A DNA stretch of 64,000 bases from a virus (IMGVR_UViG_3300014204_000134:36453-100452), one strand, 5' to 3'. Positions 31,883 to 41,040 are shown, counted from the first letter of the stretch. A program made the numbers and translations. Notes: generated by a model from the letters alone, not told the origin.

Positions 31883-33289
31883 CTAATTATTCTTTAATAC
31901 ATTACCCAATATATTATCTGCGTTTTCAACTTCCCAATACCATATTTCTAATAAATCTATATTGTTATTTTCTGCATATTCTTGTTTCCGTCTATCATGC
32001 TCCTGTTGTTTTTCAAGATTCTGTTTCGTATAATAACTTCTGCCACCATCATGAAATTCGCCTTGGTACTCAACTAATAAGTTATATTTAGGTAAATAAA
32101 AATCATATGATAATAAACCATTTCCTAACCCTACAAGTCCACTAAATGTTTTTTGCGAAATAAAATACATATTATCATTTTTATTTAATAATTTATTATA
32201 AGTTTCTTGATCAATTTCAATAAAACCATTATTCACAAAAATATCTTTACATTTTTTTTCGCCTCTAGATTTATTACACTCAGGGCAACCAGTTTCCCAA
32301 TTACTACTTCTATCAGAAATAATAGCTTTCCATTCGTATCCACATTCTTTACATATCCACCAAACCTTTTTACTACTATAAGGACAATATTCTTCAGGTT
32401 TATCTTTATTCCTTTTATAATTCCATTCTTTACTAAGTTCGGGATTAATCACTAATAAATTATAATCTTTACTAGGTAATAGATGAGCACAATAAGGACA
32501 ATTACTACCATCATTTCTACTTTTAATTGTTGCTTGCCATTCATGTCCCTTTTCGCACATCCACCAGACTTTTTTACCACTACCAGGAGTATATTCTTCT
32601 GGTTTTTTCTTATTTTTATTATAATCCCATTCTTTGCAAAGTTCTGGATTAATAAATAATAAATTATAATCCTTACTTGGTAATTGACCAACACAATATG
32701 GACAATTATTACCCTTACTATTACGTGTACTAATTTTTGTTTTCCACTCATGTTTAGGATTTTTAGAACATTGCCACCAAACTTCTTTATTACTATTACA
32801 AACTACATTATATGGTGTTAAATCACCATTTTTAGTTGGATGCCATTCTTTAGCCAAATCATGACGTTTTGTTGCAAGGCAATTTGATAAACCTGCTTTT
32901 AATCCCCTACAATAAGGACAACCAGTATTTTGTAATATACTATCCCAAATTACTTCAAATATTTCTTCGCAATTTTCTTTTAAACACTTCCATTTTAATT
33001 TTATATCACTTCTAATATATTCTTCACTAATTAACTCAAATGATTTATTATTTAATTTACACCATAATTTTATATTTTGAATTGTATAGGGATTAACCTT
33101 ATCAACAATTCTTGGGAAATGACCACTCCTTAATTTATCTAATGAAGTCACATAATAATATCCGTATTTATCTTTTAAAATAAGTTTAGTTAAATTATTC
33201 TTATATTCTTTACTAATTAATTCATATCCTAAATTTTCAATATTTTTTTTAACTTCTTCATATGTAAACTTTTTATTATTTTTACCCAA
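31883..33289 (-). CDS. free-standing endonuclease with zinc-ribbon repeats and DUF2726/PD-(D/E)XK-like C-terminus
   Basis: Repeats PEL.KEW...KN......S.KKVWW.C..GHEW...CPYC; YDFYLP..L.EYQGEFH...IWYWE; TTG start behind GGGGGA. Confidence 0.75.
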   Translation of the reverse strand: MGKNNKKFTYEEVKKNIENLGYELISKEYKNNLTKLILKDKYGYYYVTSLDKLRSGHFPRIVDKVNPYTIQNIKLWCKLNNKSFELISEEYIRSDIKLKWKCLKENCEEIFEVIWDSILQNTGCPYCRGLKAGLSNCLATKRHDLAKEWHPTKNGDLTPYNVVCNSNKEVWWQCSKNPKHEWKTKISTRNSKGNNCPYCVGQLPSKDYNLLFINPELCKEWDYNKNKKKPEEYTPGSGKKVWWMCEKGHEWQATIKSRNDGSNCPYCAHLLPSKDYNLLVINPELSKEWNYKRNKDKPEEYCPYSSKKVWWICKECGYEWKAIISDRSSNWETGCPECNKSRGEKKCKDIFVNNGFIEIDQETYNKLLNKNDNMYFISQKTFSGLVGLGNGLLSYDFYLPKYNLLVEYQGEFHDGGRSYYTKQNLEKQQEHDRRKQEYAENNNIDLLEIWYWEVENADNILGNVLKNN

Positions 33290-33407
33290 ATTCTCGTCCC
33301 CCAATCTCATATTATCCCGCACACTTTAAAAAATAGGGAAGGGGTGTGCAGGACGAGTACCATACCCCTTTGTCAAGCAGTTGCGCTTCTGCTTCAATCC
33401 CTATTCA
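33290..33407 (-). promoter_or_regulatory. structured leader element E3
   Basis: P1 AATAGGGA/TCCCTATT, hairpin AAGCAGAAGCGCAACTGCTT, second hairpin with CTCGTCC complementary to GGACGAG at the RBS. Confidence 0.65.
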
Positions 33408-33730
33408 ACACTATCCAAAGCAACTGCAATCAATTTTTTAACTTCTGTATTAATCTTATATTTCTTAATTTTAACTCCATATTCTTGAGTAAAATTACCA
33501 CAATTAACAAACCTATGAATTTCTACAAAAGAATTGTCTCGAATATTTATGTATTTACTATATTCTTTTTTCCATTTCTTAATATTAGTACCAGGATAAT
33601 TTTCTTTAATCTTTTCCTTCACACCAATATCTTTTATCTTATCCTTTTTTGGTTGACTAATTAACTTCCATTGTTTATTCTGTCTAACTTCTAATATTAA
33701 TAAATTTTCTACATATCTACTTAATTCCAT
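33401..33730 (-). CDS. hypothetical protein
   Basis: ATG 33730 after GGAG; the track's longer start lies inside a terminator hairpin. Confidence 0.5.
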   Translation of the reverse strand: MELSRYVENLLILEVRQNKQWKLISQPKKDKIKDIGVKEKIKENYPGTNIKKWKKEYSKYINIRDNSFVEIHRFVNCGNFTQEYGVKIKKYKINTEVKKLIAVALDSVE

Positions 33731-33745
33731 TGTCACATCTCCATC

Positions 33746-33945
33746 AAAAGAAAAAGCAGACATTACGTCTGCATGTCGTGTCCAAGGGAACGCTTCTTAA
33801 CGACTCGTTCTTGCCATAGAACCATCTTACGATGTACCATATTTAAACAGGTTCAAATCCCTAAAGGTTATAGATAGCTGCCATAACCGTTAATATGGTG
33901 AGTGTCGTTCCAACCGTCCGACTCTGCTTGGACTTCCTTGATGTT
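33746..33945 (-). ncRNA. ~200-nt structured non-coding RNA of unknown class
   Basis: Promoter TTGACA-18-TACAAT (33981-33952); nested long-range stems; GTAA tetraloops; terminator GCAGAC-GTAA-TGTCTGC-T tract; raised GC. Confidence 0.65.
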
Positions 33946-34077
33946 GTGTTTATTGTAACATGCAGAAAATTTATTTGTCAAGAAAATATTTACAGTAAAC
34001 TAATATATTATCATATGTATTATATTTACTTTTGCCACAAAATCATGTCCCTTTGCAGGGAGCATAATTTCTTCCTT

Positions 34078-34419
34078 TTAATGCAACCATTTTTTGTTTT
34101 CTTCGATTAATCCTCTGACCTTATCCAACCATCTGTCAAAATCGCTCACAAACAACTCGCTATAAAAATCTTCTATCATATTCATATCATCCAAAAACAT
34201 GTATAACTCTTCTTCTTCATAATCTCTTGTAACAATGTAAAACAACATCTGAACACCTGGATACAATACCAACCCATACGATTCAGCAAATAATTTGTAC
34301 TTATCCAACGTCAATAGATAATCAAATTCCCCTTGAAGCAATTTCAACTTACCCGATAATAGCAGTTGATTAACCAGTTCGTCTTCGTACTCCCATGCGT
34401 CTGAAATCCATAACTTCAT
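34078..34419 (-). CDS. hypothetical acidic protein
   Basis: RBS AGGAGG, ATG 34419; own promoter TTGACA-17-TATACT. Confidence 0.6.
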   Translation of the reverse strand: MKLWISDAWEYEDELVNQLLLSGKLKLLQGEFDYLLTLDKYKLFAESYGLVLYPGVQMLFYIVTRDYEEEELYMFLDDMNMIEDFYSELFVSDFDRWLDKVRGLIEENKKWLH

Positions 34420-34522
34420 TAACAAAACCTCCTGTATTTTTATTCTATAATTAGTATACAAGAGGTAAAACATAATGTCAATATGTATTTACAATATTAC
34501 TATAAGTAATAACTTAATATTG

Positions 34523-34738
34523 TTACTCTATATAAAATATATCTTCAATACTTACATTTAATATTTTTGCTACTGCTAGACCATATAAAAGCAACCAATT
34601 AGAACGATTATGGTATAATTGTAAAAAATTATTATAATCCATTTTAATTCCCATTTCATTCATTCTATCAGATAGGAATTTAATTGGACGACCATCTAAT
34701 AATAATTTAACTTTTTTAGTTGCTAAATAAGCTCTCAT
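34523..34738 (-). CDS. XRE-like helix-turn-helix protein
   Basis: C-terminal AVAKILNVSIEDIFY typical of HTH_3; promoter TTGACT-17-TATTAT. Confidence 0.6.
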   Translation of the reverse strand: MRAYLATKKVKLLLDGRPIKFLSDRMNEMGIKMDYNNFLQLYHNRSNWLLLYGLAVAKILNVSIEDIFYIE

Positions 34739-34864
34739 CCCAACCACCTATACCCAACCAGTTTTTTTAATAATACCTTATAGATAAAATATAGTCAACA
34801 AAATAAGAAAATATGCGTAAATGACAATGTTATATTATATTTATTTTATATCAAAAATTATTTG

Positions 34865-35425
34865 TCAAACATTTTCCTTACTTGCCGCAACTTCCTGCAT
34901 TGTAATATATTCCATACATACTTTCTCTAATTTTTTAAAATCAAAACATCTTCTTGCAATTATATTTTCAGGATATTTATATTTTAATTCATAAATTTTT
35001 AAAGCATTTTTTATAATTGGTAACTGATTTATTTTAACTAATTCAACCTTTAATAAGTCAACATACTTGCTTTTTTCTTCTAAATTATTAAATGTTCTAT
35101 ATTTTTCAATGTCACTATATTTTAAATTTGTAAATAAAGACTTATGAATAGGAAACATATAATTTAAATTTATAACTGCAATGAATCTCCCATCAGCAGG
35201 ATGATATATTTTATAAAAATCAATATTTTGTTTTAGCGTTTTATGTCTTTCTTGAGGATGCGATATTTGCGTAACATATGTTATACTATTATCTACATCA
35301 AACAAAGAACCAAAAAATGGCTTAAATTTATTTAATCCATAATCCGAATTTGGTATTCTTGATTCATAGTTATTTCTTAAATAATTTAAATAATTTTCAT
35401 CTAATGTCTTCCAAATTATACTCAT
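34865..35425 (-). CDS. toxN: type III toxin-antitoxin endoribonuclease, ToxN/AbiQ family
   Basis: YLNYLR..E.RIP......KPFFG, Y...SHP...H, INLNYMFPI, RCFDFKKLE motifs; preceded by tandem repeats and a terminator; start at 35425 (186 aa). Confidence 0.88.
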   Translation of the reverse strand: MSIIWKTLDENYLNYLRNNYESRIPNSDYGLNKFKPFFGSLFDVDNSITYVTQISHPQERHKTLKQNIDFYKIYHPADGRFIAVINLNYMFPIHKSLFTNLKYSDIEKYRTFNNLEEKSKYVDLLKVELVKINQLPIIKNALKIYELKYKYPENIIARRCFDFKKLEKVCMEYITMQEVAASKENV

Positions 35426-35435
35426 TGTTTTTCCT

Positions 35436-35467
35436 AAAATAAAACGAGCTAAATAGCTCATTTTATT
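35436..35467 (-). terminator. terminator between antitoxin array and toxin
   Basis: AATAAAATGAGCT-ATTT-AGCTCGTTTTATTTT; classic toxIN layout. Confidence 0.75.
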
Positions 35468-35566
35468 AATACGATTTTGGTAGGATTCGTAACCTCTATT
35501 AATACGATTTTGGTAGGATTCGTAACCTCTATTAATACGATTTTGGTAGGATTCGTAACCTCTATT
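35468..35566 (-). ncRNA. toxI: ToxI-type antitoxin RNA: 3 identical 33-nt repeats
   Basis: Unit AATAGAGGTTACGAATCCTACCAAAATCGTATT; AGG/CCT and TACGA/TCGTA form an H-type pseudoknot. Confidence 0.85.
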
Positions 35567-35568
35567 CT

Positions 35569-35734
35569 GCATTAAAACTTCTCATTTAACGGTTGAGATA
35601 CACCGAGCATTAAACACTTAAAGTCTCCCACTTACTGGCAGGGAATCTCCTCACTTAAAGTTTTCCACTTGTAGGGCAGGAACTCTCCACACCTTTAAAA
35701 TTCCCTACTATTTGGCAAAGGATCTCCTCACTTA
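35569..35734 (-). ncRNA. four further 37-39-nt pseudoknot-like repeats (heterologous antitoxin-like units)
   Basis: Three related units delimited by A(A)GTG and one unit delimited by TTTAATGC (CGGT/ACCG plus TCTCA/TGAGA pseudoknot). Confidence 0.65.
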
Positions 35735-35743
35735 TATAAGACA

Positions 35744-35840
35744 ATTATATTGTACCAAATATTTGTTTGTCAAGAAAAAATATTTCTATTAATAATAGTT
35801 TTCCGTATATATTATACCATATTAATACATAGTATGTCAA
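35744..35840 (-). promoter_or_regulatory. tandem sigma-A promoters driving the antitoxin array/toxin
   Basis: TTGACA-18-TATAAT at 35773-35744 and TTGACA-18-(TGn)TATAAT at 35840-35811. Confidence 0.65.
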
Positions 35841-35861
35841 GTAAAATATATTATATTTATA

Positions 35862-36833
35862 TTAAAAACAATCATCTAAATCATTACTACCATCACGTAT
35901 AACGTATATCTGAGTAGTCTCAGATGATAAATGTCCGAGTAGAGCTTGTGCCGATTTTATATCTTTCCCTTGTCCTACTACGATATCCGTAGCTCTAGTT
36001 TCCCGCAGAAGGTGAGGGTGAACTCTTCTGCCAACTATTTTTGTAAACATTCCCGAACACCATTTATTAAAAGTGGTTTCAGTAACTTGCTGATATTCAC
36101 CATTCTTATTTTTTGTTACAAATACAAAAGGACAATCATCATTTCCTCTAATGGATAACCAAAATTTTATTGCTTCTAATGCTTTATCGTCATACTGTAA
36201 TCTTCTAACTTTTCCTTCACGACCCTTACCCTTACAGCGAATCAAAGGAGTCAAATAATAATTTTTTCCTTCAACTTTTTCATTATTAACCGTTTCTTTA
36301 AGTAATAATCTTGCTTCTGCTCTACGGCAACCAGAGGCATAACTAAATCCCAAATATGCTATCTGTTGCCATTTCCCTTTTTCTTTTAATGTATTAATTA
36401 ATAATTCATATTCTTCTTGATTTAAAGGAATTTTCTCATGTAAAAATGCTTTTGCAGGATTGGGTATTTTCTTATTATAAATATTTCTAAACAACGGATA
36501 ATCTTCACAATAATATAATTCAATATATCCACACAAACTAGAAACCGAACTTCTTTTAAATTTAACAGCAGAAGAAGACAATCCACGATTAATTAAAAAA
36601 TTCTGATATTTTAATGCATCTCTTGGCTTTAATTCATACAAAGGTCTATTATCCGCATTATCTTTCACCCATCTGAAGAAAATTTTAAGTGCACTGTCAT
36701 ACTGTTCAAGAGTCTTAGGACTTAAATGACCTTGTTCTAAAAATTCTTCCGTCATTTGTCTATTCCATTCATTACATTCTTGCCATTCCTTAGTTGTTAC
36801 TGGATTTATTTTATCAGCAATCTTTTCAACCAA
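35862..36833 (-). CDS. tyrosine recombinase (XerC/D-like) within tail module
   Basis: SGCRRAE, KGK, HPHLLR, LLGH...TT..Y catalytic residues; N-terminal SAM-like domain. Confidence 0.9.
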   Translation of the reverse strand: MVEKIADKINPVTTKEWQECNEWNRQMTEEFLEQGHLSPKTLEQYDSALKIFFRWVKDNADNRPLYELKPRDALKYQNFLINRGLSSSAVKFKRSSVSSLCGYIELYYCEDYPLFRNIYNKKIPNPAKAFLHEKIPLNQEEYELLINTLKEKGKWQQIAYLGFSYASGCRRAEARLLLKETVNNEKVEGKNYYLTPLIRCKGKGREGKVRRLQYDDKALEAIKFWLSIRGNDDCPFVFVTKNKNGEYQQVTETTFNKWCSGMFTKIVGRRVHPHLLRETRATDIVVGQGKDIKSAQALLGHLSSETTQIYVIRDGSNDLDDCF

Positions 36834-36934
36834 AAAATCACTCACCACCAATTTAATATACTATATGTAGTATCTCTATCACTAAAAGACACTACATATA
36901 GTTACAAAACTACCATAAAAGCCATCTTTCATGA

Positions 36935-37678
36935 CTAAAAAATTACAAACCCTTCAAGGACGATCATATACGCAGAAATTACATCACTACTAGCCAGCCA
37001 GCCTAATTCATCAGTAGAAACTATTCCATTATTCCTTACTTGTGGACATCTTAATCCTTGAGCAGTAAACAAACTTACATTTTGAGTTATAAAATATTCG
37101 ACCTTACTACTCAAACTTGCTGCATCCTCCGAATTTTTTGATAAACAAAATATAGGTATCGTTACATTTCTACGATAAGGTTGACCATATGCAGCATAGA
37201 CATAATTTTTCATCTTACTAGAAAATCCGTCTAAGACTAAGATATAATCTGCAAGTATATCCTTGCTTGAAGTTAATTTCTTTTTATCAACATAAACAGA
37301 TTCATTATCAAGTACAATCTGTATAATACCTTGTGATACGGGTTTCTGTGTAACAGTTAATGTAAAAATCTCTGATAATGCGGTAGTCCCATTCTGCGTC
37401 AGAAACACCGTACTAGTGACTCCCGTACCATATGGTTTAAAAACTGCTAAAGTTTCATTACCTAATTGTGTACTAGTTGCAGTTATAACACCACTAGAAG
37501 AAGTTGTTGCTGTGTAATTGGGTAATGCGTCAATAGTATCTTTAATATTAGTGGTAATAGTAGAAATTGTATCAGTAGTTTTTACATTTACCAATACTGC
37601 ATTATGATATTCAGAAAAAAGTAAATTATAAATAGAAGTCTTAATATCTAAAAGATATGATTCTGGACTATATATTAT
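36935..37678 (-). CDS. putative tail terminator/neck protein; probable ATA start
   Basis: Frame open 84 nt upstream of the track start to ATA codons behind GGTGA; synteny. Confidence 0.5.
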   Translation of the reverse strand: MIYSPESYLLDIKTSIYNLLFSEYHNAVLVNVKTTDTISTITTNIKDTIDALPNYTATTSSSGVITATSTQLGNETLAVFKPYGTGVTSTVFLTQNGTTALSEIFTLTVTQKPVSQGIIQIVLDNESVYVDKKKLTSSKDILADYILVLDGFSSKMKNYVYAAYGQPYRRNVTIPIFCLSKNSEDAASLSSKVEYFITQNVSLFTAQGLRCPQVRNNGIVSTDELGWLASSDVISAYMIVLEGFVIF

Positions 37679-37691
37679 TAATCACCACACT

Positions 37692-38096
37692 TTAAACCTT
37701 CTCGCCTATATATCGCACACTTTCTTCAAATCGAAAATCATCTAAAAAATAACTTATTTTAATATTACTTAAATCAGGTAATATATTTATTGGATTCTTA
37801 GTATTATGATACAATACAAACCGTATCGAATTTTTTTCAGTCTCACTCATACTATCTAAATCAATTTGATCATTTACATCGAGCCACACGCCCCATTGCC
37901 CAACGGGAATTCCGTTTAATAATATTGTATTTTCTGATAATGTCAGACTTTTTGCTTCTTGTGCAATGCAATATAAATTACTACTTTGATAACCTAAACT
38001 ATCATCAGTCCAATAAATCTTTATAGGTACAACACAATTCTCTAAAAAAACACTCTTACTAAATTCAGCCCATTCTTTTAATGTTTGTTCGTCTAT
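37692..38096 (-). CDS. putative head-closure/virion protein; probable ATA start
   Basis: Track GTG lies inside RBS AAGGTGG; next candidate start is ATA 38096. Confidence 0.45.
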   Translation of the reverse strand: MDEQTLKEWAEFSKSVFLENCVVPIKIYWTDDSLGYQSSNLYCIAQEAKSLTLSENTILLNGIPVGQWGVWLDVNDQIDLDSMSETEKNSIRFVLYHNTKNPINILPDLSNIKISYFLDDFRFEESVRYIGEKV

Positions 38097-38135
38097 ATAA
38101 ACCACCTTCTTAAAAATAAAAGAGGGATATCCCTC

Positions 38136-39116
38136 TTATTTTGTGTTTTTAGTTTTATCACGTTCCCTTTTTAATTCAGCATGAATTGATGCTTCATGTT
38201 GGTTATCTAAAGTATAACTAGAATAAAGTATATCTACCATAAGTTTTTCTTCTTCACTTAATTTATTATTTAATAACTTTAAGAATATCTCATCTGATAA
38301 AAAATATTTCGCCTTCATTTGGGCCATTAAGCCCCACATCTTCACTCCGTGCTCGAATCCATAATTATCCTTTATCTTTCCACTGCTTCTTTGCAACTCA
38401 TCTAATTTATCTTCTAATTCCTTTATTTTTTTCTCAATTATTTTCTTTTCTTCTTCATCTTCAGTCTGTTGATATCTATTCCTTAATATCTGAAGTTCTT
38501 TTATTAATCTATCTAATTCTTGTTCATATTTTTTATTTTCTCTATCACTTATAGATTTCTCAAATTTTGAAGCAGAAAGTAAAGAACGAATCATTCTATT
38601 TTGTTGTTCTGGTAATTTTATAAATTTAAATTCAATACAATCTGAAATTGCCTTTTTAATTATATTAAATAATTCGTCAGAAATATTTTTAACAATTTCC
38701 ACACATTCATCATTATCATCTGGCAAATCTAGTCCGTTTCCCATAAGTTTTATTAATTCAATAATTCTTAATAAACCTATTTTATTATTATATTCAATAA
38801 TTTCTCTATCAGTTGTATCTCTTTTAGGTTCATTGTTTTTATCTAAAAGAGGCATATTAGATTCATCAGTTAAAATTGGAAATTCTTTATCTTTTAATTT
38901 ATTACAAATCTCAAAATATTTTAATCTACTAAAATTAGTAGAGAGATAACCTATCATATATCCTTGATATATAATAGGTATCTCATAAGAAAGCAATTTA
39001 ACTTCTTCTAATGTAACCTGTTTCGGCAGGGTAGGGGAGGGAGGAGTATTACCCTTCTGTTCCTTCTGTTTCTTCGGACTGTTGTTCTGTAATTTCCGAT
39101 TCTTGTTTTCCTGCAT
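38136..39116 (-). CDS. putative tail assembly chaperone (downstream, overlapping)
   Basis: Charged helical protein overlapping the upstream chaperone by 68 nt. Confidence 0.45.
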   Translation of the reverse strand: MQENKNRKLQNNSPKKQKEQKGNTPPSPTLPKQVTLEEVKLLSYEIPIIYQGYMIGYLSTNFSRLKYFEICNKLKDKEFPILTDESNMPLLDKNNEPKRDTTDREIIEYNNKIGLLRIIELIKLMGNGLDLPDDNDECVEIVKNISDELFNIIKKAISDCIEFKFIKLPEQQNRMIRSLLSASKFEKSISDRENKKYEQELDRLIKELQILRNRYQQTEDEEEKKIIEKKIKELEDKLDELQRSSGKIKDNYGFEHGVKMWGLMAQMKAKYFLSDEIFLKLLNNKLSEEEKLMVDILYSSYTLDNQHEASIHAELKRERDKTKNTK

Positions 39117-39549
39117 TTAAATCGACTCCAGACTCCATAATTTTAGCATATATTTTATTAAGATTCTCAATACGTGTATTTATCTTGGAAAATACTAAAT
39201 CTTCAAAAGTTTTATTTATAGAACTAGTAATTTCATCACTAAAATTATTATAATATTTAACAAGTTGATCATCATCCATATCACCAAAATCTACACCAAT
39301 ACACATTCTACGAAGTAAAAATGCAATACTAGTATTATTATTAATGGTATTAAATATTTTATTTTCTTTTTCATTTTCAGTCTTATCGTTATTACTATGT
39401 TGGGCTACTAACATATCCCAAAATTTAGCAAAATCTTCTGCACCTAATTCTTGTAAATAAAATAATGTCCTAGTTCCTTCTTCATCAGTATAATCTACAG
39501 GAATTTTTTTCTTTAAATTAACAAGATCCTGCCATTTTACAGTTTTCAT
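39049..39549 (-). CDS. putative tail assembly chaperone
   Basis: Acidic helical protein, RBS AAAGGT, located between tail-tube and TMP genes. Confidence 0.5.
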   Translation of the reverse strand: MKTVKWQDLVNLKKKIPVDYTDEEGTRTLFYLQELGAEDFAKFWDMLVAQHSNNDKTENEKENKIFNTINNNTSIAFLLRRMCIGVDFGDMDDDQLVKYYNNFSDEITSSINKTFEDLVFSKINTRIENLNKIYAKIMESGVDLNAGKQESEITEQQSEETEGTEG

Positions 39550-39654
39550 TTGATTACCTTTCTTATTTAACAAACTTGCCAAAAATACCAATCCTCCAAT
39601 TTAATTTTAATAAAAAACACTACTAGAATATTTAGCAGTGTCTAAAACACTAAT

Positions 39655-40761
39655 TTAATTTTTGATATCAATATCAATTACTTTTTGAAGTTGCCATTTT
39701 TCATATTTTGATTTTCTTATATAAATTTCTATACGAGAAACACCATATGTTGGGATTTTTAATTCAAATATATCTTTACTGTACCATGTATTATAATTCC
39801 AATTACCATCAGGAGATAATAGTCCTATTTTATAATCACTGTATTTTATATTACTATCTCTCGTTATACTAAATATAAAATTCGGTTCAACTAAAAATTG
39901 TCCATACGATTCACTATCAACTACCGACCATGCTTCAACAATTGGATAATCAAAAGGCATTCTACAGTAACCTTTATAGATACCCCAATCTGATCCCCAA
40001 CTATTTAGTACAATATAATAGGGAATACCGTTTATCTTCTCCCATCCAACAATAGTCAACATATGATATCCATATGAAGACTCTATCCCTGCATTTGGCA
40101 ATGGTAAAATTCCACCATAATAAAATGAATCAAAAACAGGAATCATTATAGAAACAGGAGATGTAGTCATAATTGCAGATTGTATTTCATTTGAATTATA
40201 TAACTTTGTATATGAAGTAATCTTATGATTTAACGCTTCATCTTTCATTGATTGGGTAATTAATGGATAAAGAGTTCTAAGATCTCCATTAACTGAAAAT
40301 TGAGAATTTAAACATACACCACTATTTTTAAGATTATATAATGCTTGACGAGGTATCATACCATCATTATAATAATCATTACTATTTCTATTAGCATAAA
40401 TAAAACTAGCACTATGAAATCTTGTTGTCGAAGGGTGATATTTTAATTCCAACATATCTTTTACGGCTCGTAATGAATAGGCAACACACATTGGATATGA
40501 ACCTTGATCAAGTACTTGTGGTAACAAGTTAGGCCAAATATATGATTCTGGAATATTTTGTACTTGAGTAAGATTGTGGGTGCTAAACGTATTGTAAGTA
40601 TTATAAGTATCTGATGGTATAGCACCTAAACCTTTTTGTTTATAATTAATATCTGATGCATTTGCTACTGAACAAAATAATAAACTAAAAAGAAATATTA
40701 TTGTTGTAAATATCTTAAATAATTTTATTTTGTTTTCACCTTCTTCCTTACATAAAACCAT
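39655..40761 (-). CDS. secreted papain-family (C1) cysteine peptidase
   Basis: Signal peptide ...LFSLLFCSVANA; DQG...MCVAY, GYHML.IVGW, LNSWG.DWG; true start may be ATA ~40728 after AAGGTG. Confidence 0.85.
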   Translation of the reverse strand: MVLCKEEGENKIKLFKIFTTIIFLFSLLFCSVANASDINYKQKGLGAIPSDTYNTYNTFSTHNLTQVQNIPESYIWPNLLPQVLDQGSYPMCVAYSLRAVKDMLELKYHPSTTRFHSASFIYANRNSNDYYNDGMIPRQALYNLKNSGVCLNSQFSVNGDLRTLYPLITQSMKDEALNHKITSYTKLYNSNEIQSAIMTTSPVSIMIPVFDSFYYGGILPLPNAGIESSYGYHMLTIVGWEKINGIPYYIVLNSWGSDWGIYKGYCRMPFDYPIVEAWSVVDSESYGQFLVEPNFIFSITRDSNIKYSDYKIGLLSPDGNWNYNTWYSKDIFELKIPTYGVSRIEIYIRKSKYEKWQLQKVIDIDIKN

Positions 40762-40881
40762 AATAAAAAAAACGAAGTAAAATATCTCTCATTTACTCCG
40801 TTTTTCTTCGATTTACTATACTATCTATTTGTAAATATGGTAATAAAATGGAACTTTTGTGACGTGTTATATTTAATTCTA

Positions 40882-41028
40882 TTACGCAGGAAGTAAACCA
40901 ACTAGTTCGTTATACTGTTCCTGCCCAATCCGGTTGTTAAGCAAAAAAACGTCAAGTTTGATTAACATATCTTCTCTGGTCCCATATGTTCCGTTTTGAA
41001 TAACTTTCTTGCAATAAGTGTATGTCAT
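40882..41028 (-). CDS. small XkdX-like tail-fibre-associated protein (48 aa)
   Basis: RBS GAGGG; MTYTYCKKVI...KLDVFLLNNRIGQEQYNELV; not in ORF track. Confidence 0.65.
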   Translation of the reverse strand: MTYTYCKKVIQNGTYGTREDMLIKLDVFLLNNRIGQEQYNELVGLLPA

Positions 41029-41040
41029 TTGTTTACCCTC

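Noticed and set aside
33845-33865. tRNA suggested by GGTTCAAATCC on the + strand
   Set aside because: T-stem is mismatched and no acceptor, D or anticodon arms form; the promoter and terminator point to a minus-strand RNA.
35426-35572. N-terminal 'NRGYESYQNRI' peptide repeats on the 235-aa ORF
   Set aside because: Artefact of 33-nt RNA repeats being a multiple of 3; the ORF crosses the terminator and the toxin domain starts at ATG 35425.
35468-35734. CRISPR mini-array
   Set aside because: Identical units are contiguous with no spacers, there are no cas genes, and the layout matches toxIN.
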